A stretch of 64,000 nucleotides of DNA, taken from positions 160,001 through 224,000 of the IMG/VR virus record IMGVR_UViG_3300032280_000442; one strand, written 5' to 3'. Both the position numbers and the translations under genes were made by a program. Shown here one piece after another: positions 47,362 through 58,700 of the stretch. The notes beneath the pieces are model-generated. The model did no database searches and had not been told where the DNA came from. It saw only the letters and a list, made by a program, of their open reading frames with translations. This stretch comes from a virus (lineage: Duplodnaviria; Caudoviricetes). Each line of letters starts with the position of its first letter. Position 1 is the stretch's first letter.

Positions 47362-50148
47362 TTAATCAATATATTGTTCCCACCCTTCGGATGCCAAATC
47401 ATAAATATAATTTGGACTCATACCTCGTTTATCCCAATATTTAACTTCCCCATCAGATAAAGTTAATACTTCTTCTAACTTATCTTGGTCCCCATCATTA
47501 AATGGAACACCATTTATAAGTTCAGATTGTTCTTTAGTGAAAAACCCTCTATCTTCAGGATTTGTCACGATTAATTGTTCTCTAACTTCTTCTTTAAATA
47601 CAACTAATAACGGACCGATTCTTTTATTAAATGTTGCAATTGCTCTTGCCACATTATAATCACCTCTCATATCTGGATTGTTCTCAATCTCGGTTTGGTC
47701 TAACATATAACAATTAAGTTGTGTTGTTGAGGTTGATTTATCTTCAGGTTCCTTACCATTCGTTGAAGTAAATAAATCCAATTCTTTTTTGGTATAATTG
47801 TTTTTAGTAATCTTTTGAACATCCCCGTGTGAAGCTTTAATACCATTATTAACATAACTAATCACATCACCCAATGAAACTTTTAAATTGTGTTTGATTG
47901 CGAGTTCCATATGTGCCATTTTACTCATTAACGAACCCGCCTTTGTTTTTTGGCTACATCGTTTTTTATAATCATCAATAGATAATTTAACTTTAGCTCT
48001 CTGAGCAATCTTCATAAGTGGAATATCTTTATCATAGATTTTTTGTAGGTATTCATAATACCACTCAATAAATTCTTGTCCTTTACCTTCCAATAACATT
48101 TTAACCCCCTTGTCTAAGAAGTCCTCAATATATAATGGAAGTTTTTTAGATTTAATGGTGTTTCCGGTTAGTTTAATTTTACCACTCGCCTCCATAACAG
48201 CATAATTCTTACGAGCCAAGTTAATACACGAAGGCCAAGTACCATCGGTATCCAACGCCATCTCACCTCTCATAAACATATCGTTAAACTCGGCAACGTC
48301 AGCATCATCACCAGTGTATTCTTTACCCTCTTTAACTTTCCAATTCAAACCTTTACCAACATAACGTCTGTTCTCCCACCCCTCAGGTTTTGAGAAGTTC
48401 ACACCATCGGTATCCATTACAAGTGGTGTATATCCTTTCTTCATAAAGAACTTAATCATCTGACGAAGATATTGTCTTCCGGTACAAGTAATCTGTTCCC
48501 CCATAAACATATCCCCCCATTCATAAACGTGTGGAGCCGATAACGCCCCAAACATCGAGTTAATGAAAATCTTAATAGGTAATTGTTTTCGGTCATATGA
48601 TAAAGACTTTTTACGGTCAGTTTCATAATATTCCGAAGCCAAGTTTTTATACATAATACGAGAGTTACGGAAATAAGCTAACATACCTTTCATTCCACCC
48701 ATTACATCACACTCAGGGAACACGTCGTGTACCAACTGAATAGAGGGGTATAGAGAAGAGTAATCGAGTTTAAGTACATTGGTGGAGTAACCCACCCTAA
48801 GTAGTCGTGAGAGACCTCCTACGAAGTCAGTTTTATCTTCTTTAGCCGGAATTGCCAAATTGTTTTTATAGGACCAAGCCAACATAATCATTCTCCATAG
48901 AGTTGCAGTTCCCATAGTGGAAACTCTCTCGTAAGTTGTTGGTACCATAGATGCTAATAGAAACGTTCCTTGGTTGAATTCATCATCCACTGTCAACGTC
49001 TCCTCTAAATCGTCGTCAAGATATCTCTCCACAATATTATCTCCTGTAACCTTTAGATATTTACCCGGGAATCTTGTGTCTAAGTTATTAAAATCGGGAT
49101 TATCCGCTTTCTTATATTTTCCATTCTCAACATTTAACCAATATTCCTCTTTTTTAGCATACATTGGTCCAATCTCTAAGTGGTCAATATAAACTCGGTC
49201 GGGAGCCTCAGCTTTAATATATTGAGTAATATATTTAAGACCCGCCGATTTAATACTTGAATTGATTGCTTGAGCTCTACGAACTGAATGAATAATATCA
49301 ATAACATTATAACCCCACAATTGAGTTTGTGAGAATCTTTCTACTTCGTTAGCAAGTTTTAACATACCATCCTTTTGAGAGATAGGTCTTGCCGGGTTTA
49401 GTGATTTAGCAATCTTTTTGATGTCTAAGTTAAGTGCTTTACATCTCTCAAATATCCAAAACCAGTCAAAGTTTGCTGAATTATATCCACCAATGATTGA
49501 TGGTTTAAGTTCATCGATAATATTGAAGAACTCAACTAATCCTTTTCGTTCTTGGTCTTCATCGGCACACTCAATAACTTTTTGATATCCTTTATTGGTT
49601 TTAATTCCAATCATAAATATACGACCATCCTTTGGTTCCAAAGCGGTCGTCTCCAAGTCAAATCCGAGTCGGGTAATATCGTTGTATTCTTCATACCCTT
49701 TGAATAATCTTTTCTCTCTTGAGATAAGGAACTGTTCAACCGGTGGAAGAACCGTTAGTTTCCCTTTTGTTTTTTCACCCCAAGGGTCCACACCACCCTC
49801 TTTAAAGAATTGGATGAGTGAACGATAACCCTTCATTGATTTAACCATAAACTTAAGACCTTTCTCTAATCTTTCATTACCTTTGGTTTCTAACTTATCA
49901 ATGATGATTCCGTGTTTTTTCATTGCTTCTTTTTGTTGGTCTTTAGATTTTGAATAAAAATTCAAATCTCTAAGGTCTCCAACCCAAGCAAATGCCGTAA
50001 ATGTGTCTTTTTTGATTATCTTTCCCTGACCAGGGACTTCTTTGATTTTGTAGATTGCGTCGGTGACGTAATCATACTCGATAGCAACTATGTGCTCTTC
50101 GGGGTCATTCCCTTCAAGGAATGCCTTAATTTCTTCTTGTGTTACCAT
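47362..50148 (-). CDS. polB: DNA polymerase family B
   Basis: Exo motifs FDLET, GYNSANFD and RYLDDD; polymerase motifs LDYSSLYPS, KIFINSMFG and DTDG; no intein. Confidence 0.96.
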   Translation of the reverse strand: MVTQEEIKAFLEGNDPEEHIVAIEYDYVTDAIYKIKEVPGQGKIIKKDTFTAFAWVGDLRDLNFYSKSKDQQKEAMKKHGIIIDKLETKGNERLEKGLKFMVKSMKGYRSLIQFFKEGGVDPWGEKTKGKLTVLPPVEQFLISREKRLFKGYEEYNDITRLGFDLETTALEPKDGRIFMIGIKTNKGYQKVIECADEDQERKGLVEFFNIIDELKPSIIGGYNSANFDWFWIFERCKALNLDIKKIAKSLNPARPISQKDGMLKLANEVERFSQTQLWGYNVIDIIHSVRRAQAINSSIKSAGLKYITQYIKAEAPDRVYIDHLEIGPMYAKKEEYWLNVENGKYKKADNPDFNNLDTRFPGKYLKVTGDNIVERYLDDDLEETLTVDDEFNQGTFLLASMVPTTYERVSTMGTATLWRMIMLAWSYKNNLAIPAKEDKTDFVGGLSRLLRVGYSTNVLKLDYSSLYPSIQLVHDVFPECDVMGGMKGMLAYFRNSRIMYKNLASEYYETDRKKSLSYDRKQLPIKIFINSMFGALSAPHVYEWGDMFMGEQITCTGRQYLRQMIKFFMKKGYTPLVMDTDGVNFSKPEGWENRRYVGKGLNWKVKEGKEYTGDDADVAEFNDMFMRGEMALDTDGTWPSCINLARKNYAVMEASGKIKLTGNTIKSKKLPLYIEDFLDKGVKMLLEGKGQEFIEWYYEYLQKIYDKDIPLMKIAQRAKVKLSIDDYKKRCSQKTKAGSLMSKMAHMELAIKHNLKVSLGDVISYVNNGIKASHGDVQKITKNNYTKKELDLFTSTNGKEPEDKSTSTTQLNCYMLDQTEIENNPDMRGDYNVARAIATFNKRIGPLLVVFKEEVREQLIVTNPEDRGFFTKEQSELINGVPFNDGDQDKLEEVLTLSDGEVKYWDKRGMSPNYIYDLASEGWEQYID

Positions 50149-50211
50149 AATTATATTTTTTTAGATTGACATATTGGCTCCGACATAAGTCAGGTTTGTC
50201 TTGTTTCTATA

Positions 50212-50240
50212 AATATATTGGAAATCTTTGAGTAAGTCAA
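50212..50240 (-). promoter_or_regulatory. sigma70-type promoter for DNA polymerase, overlapping the TATTTAT motif
   Basis: TTGACT-17 bp-TATATT on the minus strand; motif at 50209-50215. Confidence 0.7.
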
Positions 50241-50246
50241 ATGTAT

Positions 50247-50275
50247 AAAAAAACCCTCCTTTTTAGGGGAGGGGT
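50247..50275 (-). terminator. Intrinsic terminator ending the mucin-like/protease operon
   Basis: Minus strand CCCTCC-loop-GGAGGG-TTTTTTT. Confidence 0.75.
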
Positions 50276-50283
50276 ATGTTTTA

Positions 50284-52497
50284 TTAAATAAAATAAGTTG
50301 AGTTTTTATATAACAATGTGTTGGTGTTTAAATCATAACTAAAAATTAAAAGTGAGTCCCCATTATTAATAGATGTGTAAATATTATAAATATTTAATGT
50401 TGTTACTTCTGTACCATAAGTCCAAGCATATTTTACGTAACTTTTGACACCATAATACATACCAGTATATTTATAACTTGAAAAATCACAAGTTTGTGCG
50501 GACAATGATGGTATTATTGTGTAACTATCTCCCGACATTGGGATTGTGTCATTTACTAAATCGGTTAATCTTAAAAATGCTGACCGTTGTAGTAGTGTGG
50601 GACCTGAAGTGATTTTAACAAGTTTTGAGTAGTCAGAAATTGGATTTAATTTTTTCGCACCAACATTACTATAAAAGTTATATTGATTACCTGACGCTAT
50701 TGAAATATTATTAACAGCGTTAACTCCCGTCTCCGCATTACTTAAACATCTTAAATCACACTCATTAAAAGTAATTCCTAAAGTCATTAATGGCATAGTA
50801 ATGTTTAAAAAATAAAAATTACCCGTAATACCTGTTGTTACAACACTTGATGTGTGAATTGAATATTGAGCAACATTATTTGCATCAGAGGCACAAGTTC
50901 TATCAGGGTCATTAGATGGTATTATAGGGACAACTAAAGAAAAATAACGATAATAGTTAATATTTGTATTATCAAATGGGGTTCCTAATCCATATCTTAA
51001 AACGTTATTTAAATATGATTGATAATATAATTCTAAATCCGACAAATATTGAAATTGCATATTAATGTTTCCGGGCCCACCTACAGTGGCGTTTGTTTTA
51101 TTAAAACTAATGAACCCACCTGGTGCTCCATCACAATTATATGGAGATTGTGAACACGAGGAATTATCCTCAGCACAAACTGTATAATTACCACAAAACG
51201 ACGAACCACTACTATCAATCGAATTATAAGAAATTTGTCCATTCAGAGATGAACATATCCCATAAAATTCAGAGTTTAATGCTGCGGGTGCGGCTATTGA
51301 CGAACTCTGTGTTAAATATTTGAAAATATCACTACTTTCTAATACGCTATTAGTACATCCAGACAGATTCGAATTAAAACTATATTGACCACACACTAAT
51401 GAAGTTATACTCACACTTGAATCAATAAATTTATAAGGCGCTAATGAATCTAAACAGGTTTCACAATTAAAAGTGTTTAAACATCCAAAATATATTTCCC
51501 AATTAGTTCTACTTATGTTAGGGTTAGGTGTTATCTCAATTGTTAAAAAATCATTTTCAGTTCTTAATAATTTACTAATGTTTGTCACCTTTTTAAAAAA
51601 ACCGTTAGTAGCAACTTTTATTACTTTTGGGGTAACAAAAACATTAAAATCAGTAAATTCATCTCCGACAATATAATACTCTAAAACAATCGGTGTTGGG
51701 TAATTACCTCCATTAAAACTTATTTTTATAGTGTCACTAACAGTATATGCTCGGAATTGCCAAGCAAAATAATTAGTATTTATATCTAAATCAAATCCCA
51801 AAGATAATGATTCAGGGGGTGTATTAAACGCGGCAGTATTTGAAAAATAATAATTATTATATCCGGAGTAAAGATAAACAGGTTCTACCCTATTCCCTGA
51901 ACAAATTGACGGAAACACTTCAACTGTCTGATTCGACAAACAATTAATGTTTGCTTGGACAAATCCTGTCCCACCTGTTATTGAATAATTAATATTGTTA
52001 ATTCGTATTTGTCTAATCATTGGAATATAATATCCCGGTAAAGATATTCTATTAAATGGGTGTGTTTGTTGATAGGGTCCAAATAATGTTCCAAAACCTG
52101 AGGTAAAGGCGATTGTTGTATTATTCTCGGGTCCATACCAATCAATTAGGTAATCGGTTATATTTGCACCAACAGAGCTAACTAAAAGTCCTGCAATAAT
52201 TTGACTAACTGTTGTGGATGAAAAATTAGATAACTGAATTCCAAATAAATCACATAAGTTATTTGGTGATATTGGAAGGTTATAACAACAATGAGACACA
52301 ATATCTTGAAATTTAATTTCTGTAGTTCCGTCAGGTATATTAGTCAAAATATATGGACAATTTGATGTTAATAGAGAAAGAGATATATTTGTTTGAAACG
52401 GTACCGAGTAACTATCCGAGTTAGAATAAATATCTACACTACTACCTAATGGTAATGTTCCGGTATTAGTTAAACAAATTGATGATGAAAATGGCAT
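50284..52497 (-). CDS. Cys/Asn/Ser/Thr-rich hypothetical protein (putative virion appendage)
   Basis: 737 aa, beta-rich composition; last gene of the operon starting at 59083. Confidence 0.65.
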   Translation of the reverse strand: MPFSSSICLTNTGTLPLGSSVDIYSNSDSYSVPFQTNISLSLLTSNCPYILTNIPDGTTEIKFQDIVSHCCYNLPISPNNLCDLFGIQLSNFSSTTVSQIIAGLLVSSVGANITDYLIDWYGPENNTTIAFTSGFGTLFGPYQQTHPFNRISLPGYYIPMIRQIRINNINYSITGGTGFVQANINCLSNQTVEVFPSICSGNRVEPVYLYSGYNNYYFSNTAAFNTPPESLSLGFDLDINTNYFAWQFRAYTVSDTIKISFNGGNYPTPIVLEYYIVGDEFTDFNVFVTPKVIKVATNGFFKKVTNISKLLRTENDFLTIEITPNPNISRTNWEIYFGCLNTFNCETCLDSLAPYKFIDSSVSITSLVCGQYSFNSNLSGCTNSVLESSDIFKYLTQSSSIAAPAALNSEFYGICSSLNGQISYNSIDSSGSSFCGNYTVCAEDNSSCSQSPYNCDGAPGGFISFNKTNATVGGPGNINMQFQYLSDLELYYQSYLNNVLRYGLGTPFDNTNINYYRYFSLVVPIIPSNDPDRTCASDANNVAQYSIHTSSVVTTGITGNFYFLNITMPLMTLGITFNECDLRCLSNAETGVNAVNNISIASGNQYNFYSNVGAKKLNPISDYSKLVKITSGPTLLQRSAFLRLTDLVNDTIPMSGDSYTIIPSLSAQTCDFSSYKYTGMYYGVKSYVKYAWTYGTEVTTLNIYNIYTSINNGDSLLIFSYDLNTNTLLYKNSTYFI

Positions 52498-52522
52498 AAA
52501 ATATTTTGTTAATTTTGTTTAT

Positions 52523-53782
52523 TTAGTTTAAATAAGGTGATAGTCCTACTTGCCAATATGTTTTACCATCGACAATAATTGTCTTATTAGGACTACCTCC
52601 AGGGGTTATTACTTTTTCAATAGTTGACACCGTATCTTTAGGTGTTCCATCCCAAGCTTGGATACCTAATTCAAAGGCAACATTATCTATTCTACAAGCA
52701 TATCCAAATTGACCAATTTGAGTTGTTGAACCGGGAACTTGAGATGACCCAGCAAAATTTAATCCAATTATTTTATAAACACCGTCAAAATCCGCAATAA
52801 GGACAGAACCGGAATCACCACCATAAATTGGGAAATTACAGCTCTCGCTTAATCTAGTAAACACAATTAAATCATTATACGAAATTACCCTACCAACACC
52901 TTGTAAAGGATACGAACCAACGTCCGCAGTTGCACCTAAAAGTTTTATTTTTAATCCACAATCACCAGATTTTACACCTGATGTTCTACCACTACTTAAA
53001 ATTGTTCTTTGGGTAACTAGTAAACTATCTATTTCAGCTGTTGTTGCAAATGGCATTGGTTGACTATAATTAATACCTAGTTGAGTAAAAGATGTTGTGT
53101 CACTAACAGTATTAGCACATAATGAAACTAATGCACCGTCTACAGTGTTTAATTCAGGTTGACTCTTTAATGGTACATATCGAATAACTTCACCAATTTG
53201 ATTACCAACAACAGGTGTCGATATTTCTCCATTTTGATACGCTATTGATTTGTATTCGTTTACAATTGGACCTGATAGATTTCTGGCACTAGTATATGAT
53301 GCGTCTTGAATAACTACGTGATTATTAGTTAGACCTACAAGTTTTTGACTTAAACTATCCACAACAATTAAACCTAATGTCCCAACAGACCCTAATAAAC
53401 GTTGAGCGGTTAATGATATACCACCAACTAATGGTCTAAGTGTGTTTCTATTAGGAGGGTTAACAGACCCTAATGGACTCCAAGTATAACAATTTGGGGC
53501 AATTAAAGGGTTATCACAAATAGGGTAATCAATCATTGGGACAACTTCTTCAATTTCAAGAACATCTGTTCTATAGATTGTTCCACTAATTTCAACAAAT
53601 TCCGGTAAACGTTCATCAAATGGAATCTCATTTAACGGTCTCTTTTTTGGAACTGTAAAAACAATTGATTTATCAGGTGTTTCAACACCCTTAATTGTTT
53701 TATGACCATACGCGACACCAACATAATTAGGTGTGTTTTGATATAATTCGTTTAATTTATTTTTTATCTCTTGTGTTAACAT
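52523..53782 (-). CDS. Trypsin-like serine protease, Nal1-like
   Basis: Catalytic triad TNNHV / VDGAL / GDSGS; N-terminal VGVAYGHK...IVFTVPKK...TDVLE domain as seen in Nal1-type proteases. Confidence 0.82.
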   Translation of the reverse strand: MLTQEIKNKLNELYQNTPNYVGVAYGHKTIKGVETPDKSIVFTVPKKRPLNEIPFDERLPEFVEISGTIYRTDVLEIEEVVPMIDYPICDNPLIAPNCYTWSPLGSVNPPNRNTLRPLVGGISLTAQRLLGSVGTLGLIVVDSLSQKLVGLTNNHVVIQDASYTSARNLSGPIVNEYKSIAYQNGEISTPVVGNQIGEVIRYVPLKSQPELNTVDGALVSLCANTVSDTTSFTQLGINYSQPMPFATTAEIDSLLVTQRTILSSGRTSGVKSGDCGLKIKLLGATADVGSYPLQGVGRVISYNDLIVFTRLSESCNFPIYGGDSGSVLIADFDGVYKIIGLNFAGSSQVPGSTTQIGQFGYACRIDNVAFELGIQAWDGTPKDTVSTIEKVITPGGSPNKTIIVDGKTYWQVGLSPYLN

Positions 53783-53800
53783 AATTAGTTGTTTTTTATA

Positions 53801-55759
53801 TTATTCAATATGAACCCATATTGTGTAAACTGTGTTATCCGGTGTATTTGTTGGTGTTGGTGTTGGTGTCCCTGTTGGTCTTGGTGATGGAAGAATTATT
53901 GGGTCCGATATTATATAAGTATATCCTGATATATTACAATTAATACACACCTCACCACTTGGTGAAGGAGTGATTGTTGGTGTAAGTGTTGGGGTTGAAG
54001 TATTTGTCGGTGTTAAAGTTGGAGTTTCTGTAACTGTTGTTGTAGGGGTAACTGTTGAAGTATTTGTTGGTGTTAAAGTTAGTGTTGATGTCGGAGTAAG
54101 AGTTGGTGTTGATGTAACTGTCGGTGTAGGTGTTACAGTTGGAGTTACTGTACTTGTTATAGTTGGGGTTGGGGTTGGGGTTGGACAAACTATAGAGTAT
54201 TTAACATTACAACTATTACAATTACCTTCATTATTTAAAATAATTGCCGTTGTATATCCTGTCGAAACCTGTGTCTCATTAATTGCACTTGTACATCCCG
54301 TATATCCAATAGTTTGTACATAATAAGACTCACCAACAGTTACTGGTTGAACCAATGAACCAATTTTAAATTTTATATTACTATCACAACAATCTTGGAA
54401 ATAACCAATAATTGGAGGTAATGGTGATGACGTAACAGTTGGTGTTGGTGTTAGTGTTGGTGTTTGTGTTACAGTTTGAGTTGGTGTTGGTGTCGTAGTT
54501 GATGTTTGAGTAACTGTTGGCGTTTGAGTTATAGTTTGAGTCGGGGTTTGAGTTATAGTTTGAGTCGGGGTTTGAGTTGGTGTTGGCGTTGATGTTGGCG
54601 TTGATGTTAATGTATTTGTAGGTGTTACAGTTGGTGTTACGGTAGCCGTTGGTGTTGGTGTTGGTGTTGGACAATCAATTAATCTTACACTAAAGTAAGT
54701 GTCTGTAGATAAACAAGTACATCCTGATGTTGGAGGTAGTGTTGAAACCCATTCGGTATAATCACCAACAGGATATTCCGAATTAATGAATAATTTAGAA
54801 CATTGTTCATTTGTGTCAGTATTTTTAACAACCCAACAAACTTGAATATTATCCCAATATAATATAAAAGGGTTACCATCAATTATTCCGGTCCAATATT
54901 TTTTACCATTAATCAATTCATTTCCTTGAGTAGGATAGTTATAAGTCCCACAACCAGATTCGTTAGTTATTTGTAAACAATAATTTGTTGCGGGTGTTTG
55001 AGTCATTGTTGGAGTTGGTGTTGGAGTTTGTGTTGGTTGAATACATTCACCGTTTACGGTGTACCTACCCGGACCGGATACTATCACAATACCATAATAA
55101 CATTCCGCACAAACGGTAAGAGTATTTCCAGGTATTGTATCTGTTACATCTATAAAAACGGTAACAGGTGTTCGTTCACCACAAGGAATGTAACTAAATT
55201 CAGTATATCCACGTCTACCTAAACCACCATCTAAGGTATAACTTTGACAACCTTTACAATTAGTTTGTGTTGGTGTTGGTGTTGGTAGAGGATTACAAGG
55301 ATAATCTTCCAAACATTTTTCACAACCTTCACCATATGAAATACCCGACCAAGTAAATGTTGGAATACTACCTTTCGGTGCAAAACCTGTAATTGTCATA
55401 CATAATTTACTTGTGGTTAATATAGTTTCCCCAATATTAAAAGTTGAGGGTAATATTATAACACCTGAAAGTCTACTACAACAAGATAATACATTGTAGG
55501 CCAAATTTCTTATTTTTGGCGTTGGCGTTGGTGTAGGTGTAGGTGTTGACGTTGGTGTTGGGCAAGGAATTACTAAGTCACAATATTTATCATATTTTAG
55601 TATGTAAATTTGAAATGTTCCATAATAATAATCATTATCATAATAATAAGGTAATATGACTTGACCTAGATTTATACTTCCCCCTGAACAAGGGAAAAAG
55701 GTAATGGCGGCCAATTGTCCGTTATAGTTTGTTGTCGTTATTTCTAAAAATATTCCCAT
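53801..55759 (-). CDS. Mucin-like Thr/Pro-repeat protein with Cys-rich domains
   Basis: Several TPTP/QTPT tracts (longest ~85 aa) separated by domains with CC...C...CxxC...C spacing. Confidence 0.8.
   Translation of the reverse strand: MGIFLEITTTNYNGQLAAITFFPCSGGSINLGQVILPYYYDNDYYYGTFQIYILKYDKYCDLVIPCPTPTSTPTPTPTPTPKIRNLAYNVLSCCSRLSGVIILPSTFNIGETILTTSKLCMTITGFAPKGSIPTFTWSGISYGEGCEKCLEDYPCNPLPTPTPTQTNCKGCQSYTLDGGLGRRGYTEFSYIPCGERTPVTVFIDVTDTIPGNTLTVCAECYYGIVIVSGPGRYTVNGECIQPTQTPTPTPTMTQTPATNYCLQITNESGCGTYNYPTQGNELINGKKYWTGIIDGNPFILYWDNIQVCWVVKNTDTNEQCSKLFINSEYPVGDYTEWVSTLPPTSGCTCLSTDTYFSVRLIDCPTPTPTPTATVTPTVTPTNTLTSTPTSTPTPTQTPTQTITQTPTQTITQTPTVTQTSTTTPTPTQTVTQTPTLTPTPTVTSSPLPPIIGYFQDCCDSNIKFKIGSLVQPVTVGESYYVQTIGYTGCTSAINETQVSTGYTTAIILNNEGNCNSCNVKYSIVCPTPTPTPTITSTVTPTVTPTPTVTSTPTLTPTSTLTLTPTNTSTVTPTTTVTETPTLTPTNTSTPTLTPTITPSPSGEVCINCNISGYTYIISDPIILPSPRPTGTPTPTPTNTPDNTVYTIWVHIE
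54522..54578. repeat. 24-bp exact tandem repeat within a Thr/Pro tract
   Basis: GTTTGAGTTATAGTTTGAGTCGGG twice plus a partial copy; encodes PTQTITQT. Confidence 0.85.
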
Positions 55760-55771
55760 ATTGTTTTATTA

Positions 55772-58700
55772 TTATGATTGTGTTGTTAAGCAAATAGCCA
55801 ATGTAATACCTGATAATTCACCAACACCCGCAATAGTTATTTGATTATATGGGGTGTTAGAGTTAACCGAAATTAACGCACTACCACCATTAGGTGTGTC
55901 ACTAACATAAGTTAATGATACAGAATTTCCATTTATTGTAACCCCACAAGACGTACCACAAATAGATAGTGTTGGAGTTCCCCCGTTAGTTCCAAAAGTG
56001 TATGTTTCAATACTACTTGGTTGAGAGGTACGACCACCTTGAGACATTAAAAATTTAATATTATTAACAGGTTGATTAAAATTTAAAGTATATGTAAATA
56101 ATCCAGGATTAAACCCTATTATTAATGTATTCGAAGGTGTAATATATGAGGTACAATTTGATTGTGCTGGTACGGTATTCAATGGTATTAATGGACCACT
56201 ATATGTGGTAGTAACTGTCAAACCATTAACTGTTAAACTACCTACACCACTATTAGGTAAAGCATATGTGATACAATAAGGACAAGTTTGTGTTGATGTT
56301 ATAAATGTTACGTTATTACAACTTGGTACCTGTGATGCACCTGACACTGCCCTTCCAATGTTATTAATTAATGTAATTGTATACGGGAATACCGTGTTTA
56401 TTCTATAAATGTCAGGTCCATTAGTAATATAAATACCACCATCTATTGTCGCAAGACCAAAAGGTGTTAGTGTTGGGATACTAATTTGTTTATCAAATTC
56501 TAATACCCAAGTATTACCATTTAAACTATATTGAGAAATGTATGAATTATAAACACCACTTGTATAAGTTGTTAAAATAATTTTACCATTTGTTGTGTAT
56601 AGTATATCCCCGGATATTAACCTTCCTGTAGGTAAAGTAAATAATGTTTCCGATGTGGCTATATTATTTGAATTTAATGTTAATTTAATTATTAAATTAC
56701 CCGTGCTACTAATTAGTTGTGTATCATTAATGGCAGCTAAACCATTTCCTAATGGAACACCTGAATTTATCGCTCTATTATATGTTTTAGTAAATGGACT
56801 CAAAGTTATGTTCCACTCATAAATAAGTAATCCCGCATATAACCATAATTTATTGTTGGTATGAGCAATATCTGAAGATGTAGATGGTTGAGGTGGACTA
56901 GGGTTAAATAATAATGTTGAAACATTAGTTGTTAAATTATAAGAATAAACTTTACCAATTTCTGGCTGATTTGGAGCATCAACATATATAACCGAACATT
57001 GAGGTACCACTATCGCACCTTGTGTTTGAGTAGGTGTTGGAGTTAGGGTAGGTGTTTTGGTTTGAGTTATTGTTGGAGTTTGAGTCGGTGTTAATGTTTT
57101 AGTTGTTGTTGGCGTAGGTGTTAGTGTTGTAGTTGATGTCGGTGTTTTAGTCGTAGTCGGAGTTGGTGTAACTGTTAGTCCAATAGTTCTTGTTGGTGTA
57201 GGTGTTTTGGTTTGAGTTATAGTGGGAGTTTGAGTTGAAGTTTTTGTTATAGTTGGAGTTTGAGTTGGTGTTTTAGTTGGAGTAACCGTCGGTGTTGTTG
57301 TTGGTGTTGAAGTTGGTGTAGGACTTAATGACACAGTTTCAAATTCAAAATCGCAAGACAATGATGTAACCGTCGGTGTTGGTGTAGTTGTAGGTGTTGG
57401 GGTTGGAGTTGGAGTAAGACAAAGAGTATCAGTATTATTAAAACAAGTATTACAATCTTCTTGTTTAATTAATCCAACATATGCGTAAGCTAAATTAGGT
57501 CTATTTTGCGGAACAATTACTGTCGCGCAACCATTAAAACCAGAACTTTGAATATAATACGTACCTTCATAAGCAATACCCAATGAAGGTGCTCCATAAA
57601 TAATAAAAATGTTTGACCTATCACAACAATCAACAAAAGATACCGGAATTGACGGTAACGGAGTCCCTGTCGGTGTTGGTGTATTAGTTCGTGTTGGTGT
57701 TGGAGTTCTAGTGACAGGTATAACATTATACGTTATTGTATTTGAAATAAATGAAGGACAATCATTACTAAACTGTTGAATATAAAAATATATTGTTGGT
57801 GGTAATGTACCCGGTATTGTAATACTTCTTGGTGATGAGCAACCTCCCGCACTACTATTCCAATTAACATTATCCACAGACCAATACACTAAAATTGTTC
57901 CACAAGGTCCTGTAACATTAAAATACAATAAAAATGTATTACCACCACTATTTAATACTGTTTGTAAAATCGGTGCTTGACAATTCTTTGTTTGTGTTGG
58001 TGTTGGTGTTGGAGTTATTAAACAAGGATTTGGTGTTGATGTTGGAGTTGGTGTTGGAGTTACTTGAATAACATTACACGGATATTTTGAAAGACAATAA
58101 CTACAGTTTTTATAAATTGACACATTAAAAGCTATAGTTTCTGTACATTCTAATACATTAAAATCTTGAATCACATAACATACACCATCACTACCTAAAA
58201 TACCTACTCCGACAGCCGCACCAATATTTGATGGGATTCCTGTCATACACTTTTGTTTATCGTCACAACAACTTATAACATTTGCAGACAATTTTCTTGG
58301 TCTTGGTCTTGGCTCTATGGGGTCAATAATAACAGGACCACCAATAACCGGAACATTATCATATTGTGAATCCCCATTATCTGTTAATATGATATCAGAA
58401 AATAATGTATATAAATTTAATCTATTAAAATCATCATCAATAATAAGTTCTGTTATACCCTCTTTACTACCAGTATATATTGAAACTGACGAATTTATTA
58501 TAATTGGGTCACCTGTAGTAACACCTAATACATTTTTAAATGTAACGGTAATGTCGGTATCCACAGGATATCTTGATGTTGCAGTATATAACACACCAAT
58601 AGAACTTGGATAATACTGAGGAACAATAGTAATTGTATTTTCATCAGGATTATCAACAATATTTGGATTCCCACAACAAGGGAATGTTGAGGTATAACAA

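Noticed and set aside
9048-50148. Inteins or group I introns in nrdA, nrdB, dnaB, recA or polB
   Set aside because: Lengths are normal and motifs contiguous; no splice-junction or LAGLIDADG signatures seen.
53952-55222. Short ORFs rich in Asn-Thr, Val-Gly or Cys-Trp repeats (53952, 53970, 54384, 54998)
   Set aside because: Alternative-frame or antisense shadows of the Thr/Pro codon repeats in the 652-aa gene.
53840-58060. GGTGTT/GGAGTT repeats as a possible CRISPR array or DGR repeat pair
   Set aside because: Degenerate in-frame coding repeats without a constant repeat/unique spacer pattern; no cas or reverse transcriptase gene in the window.
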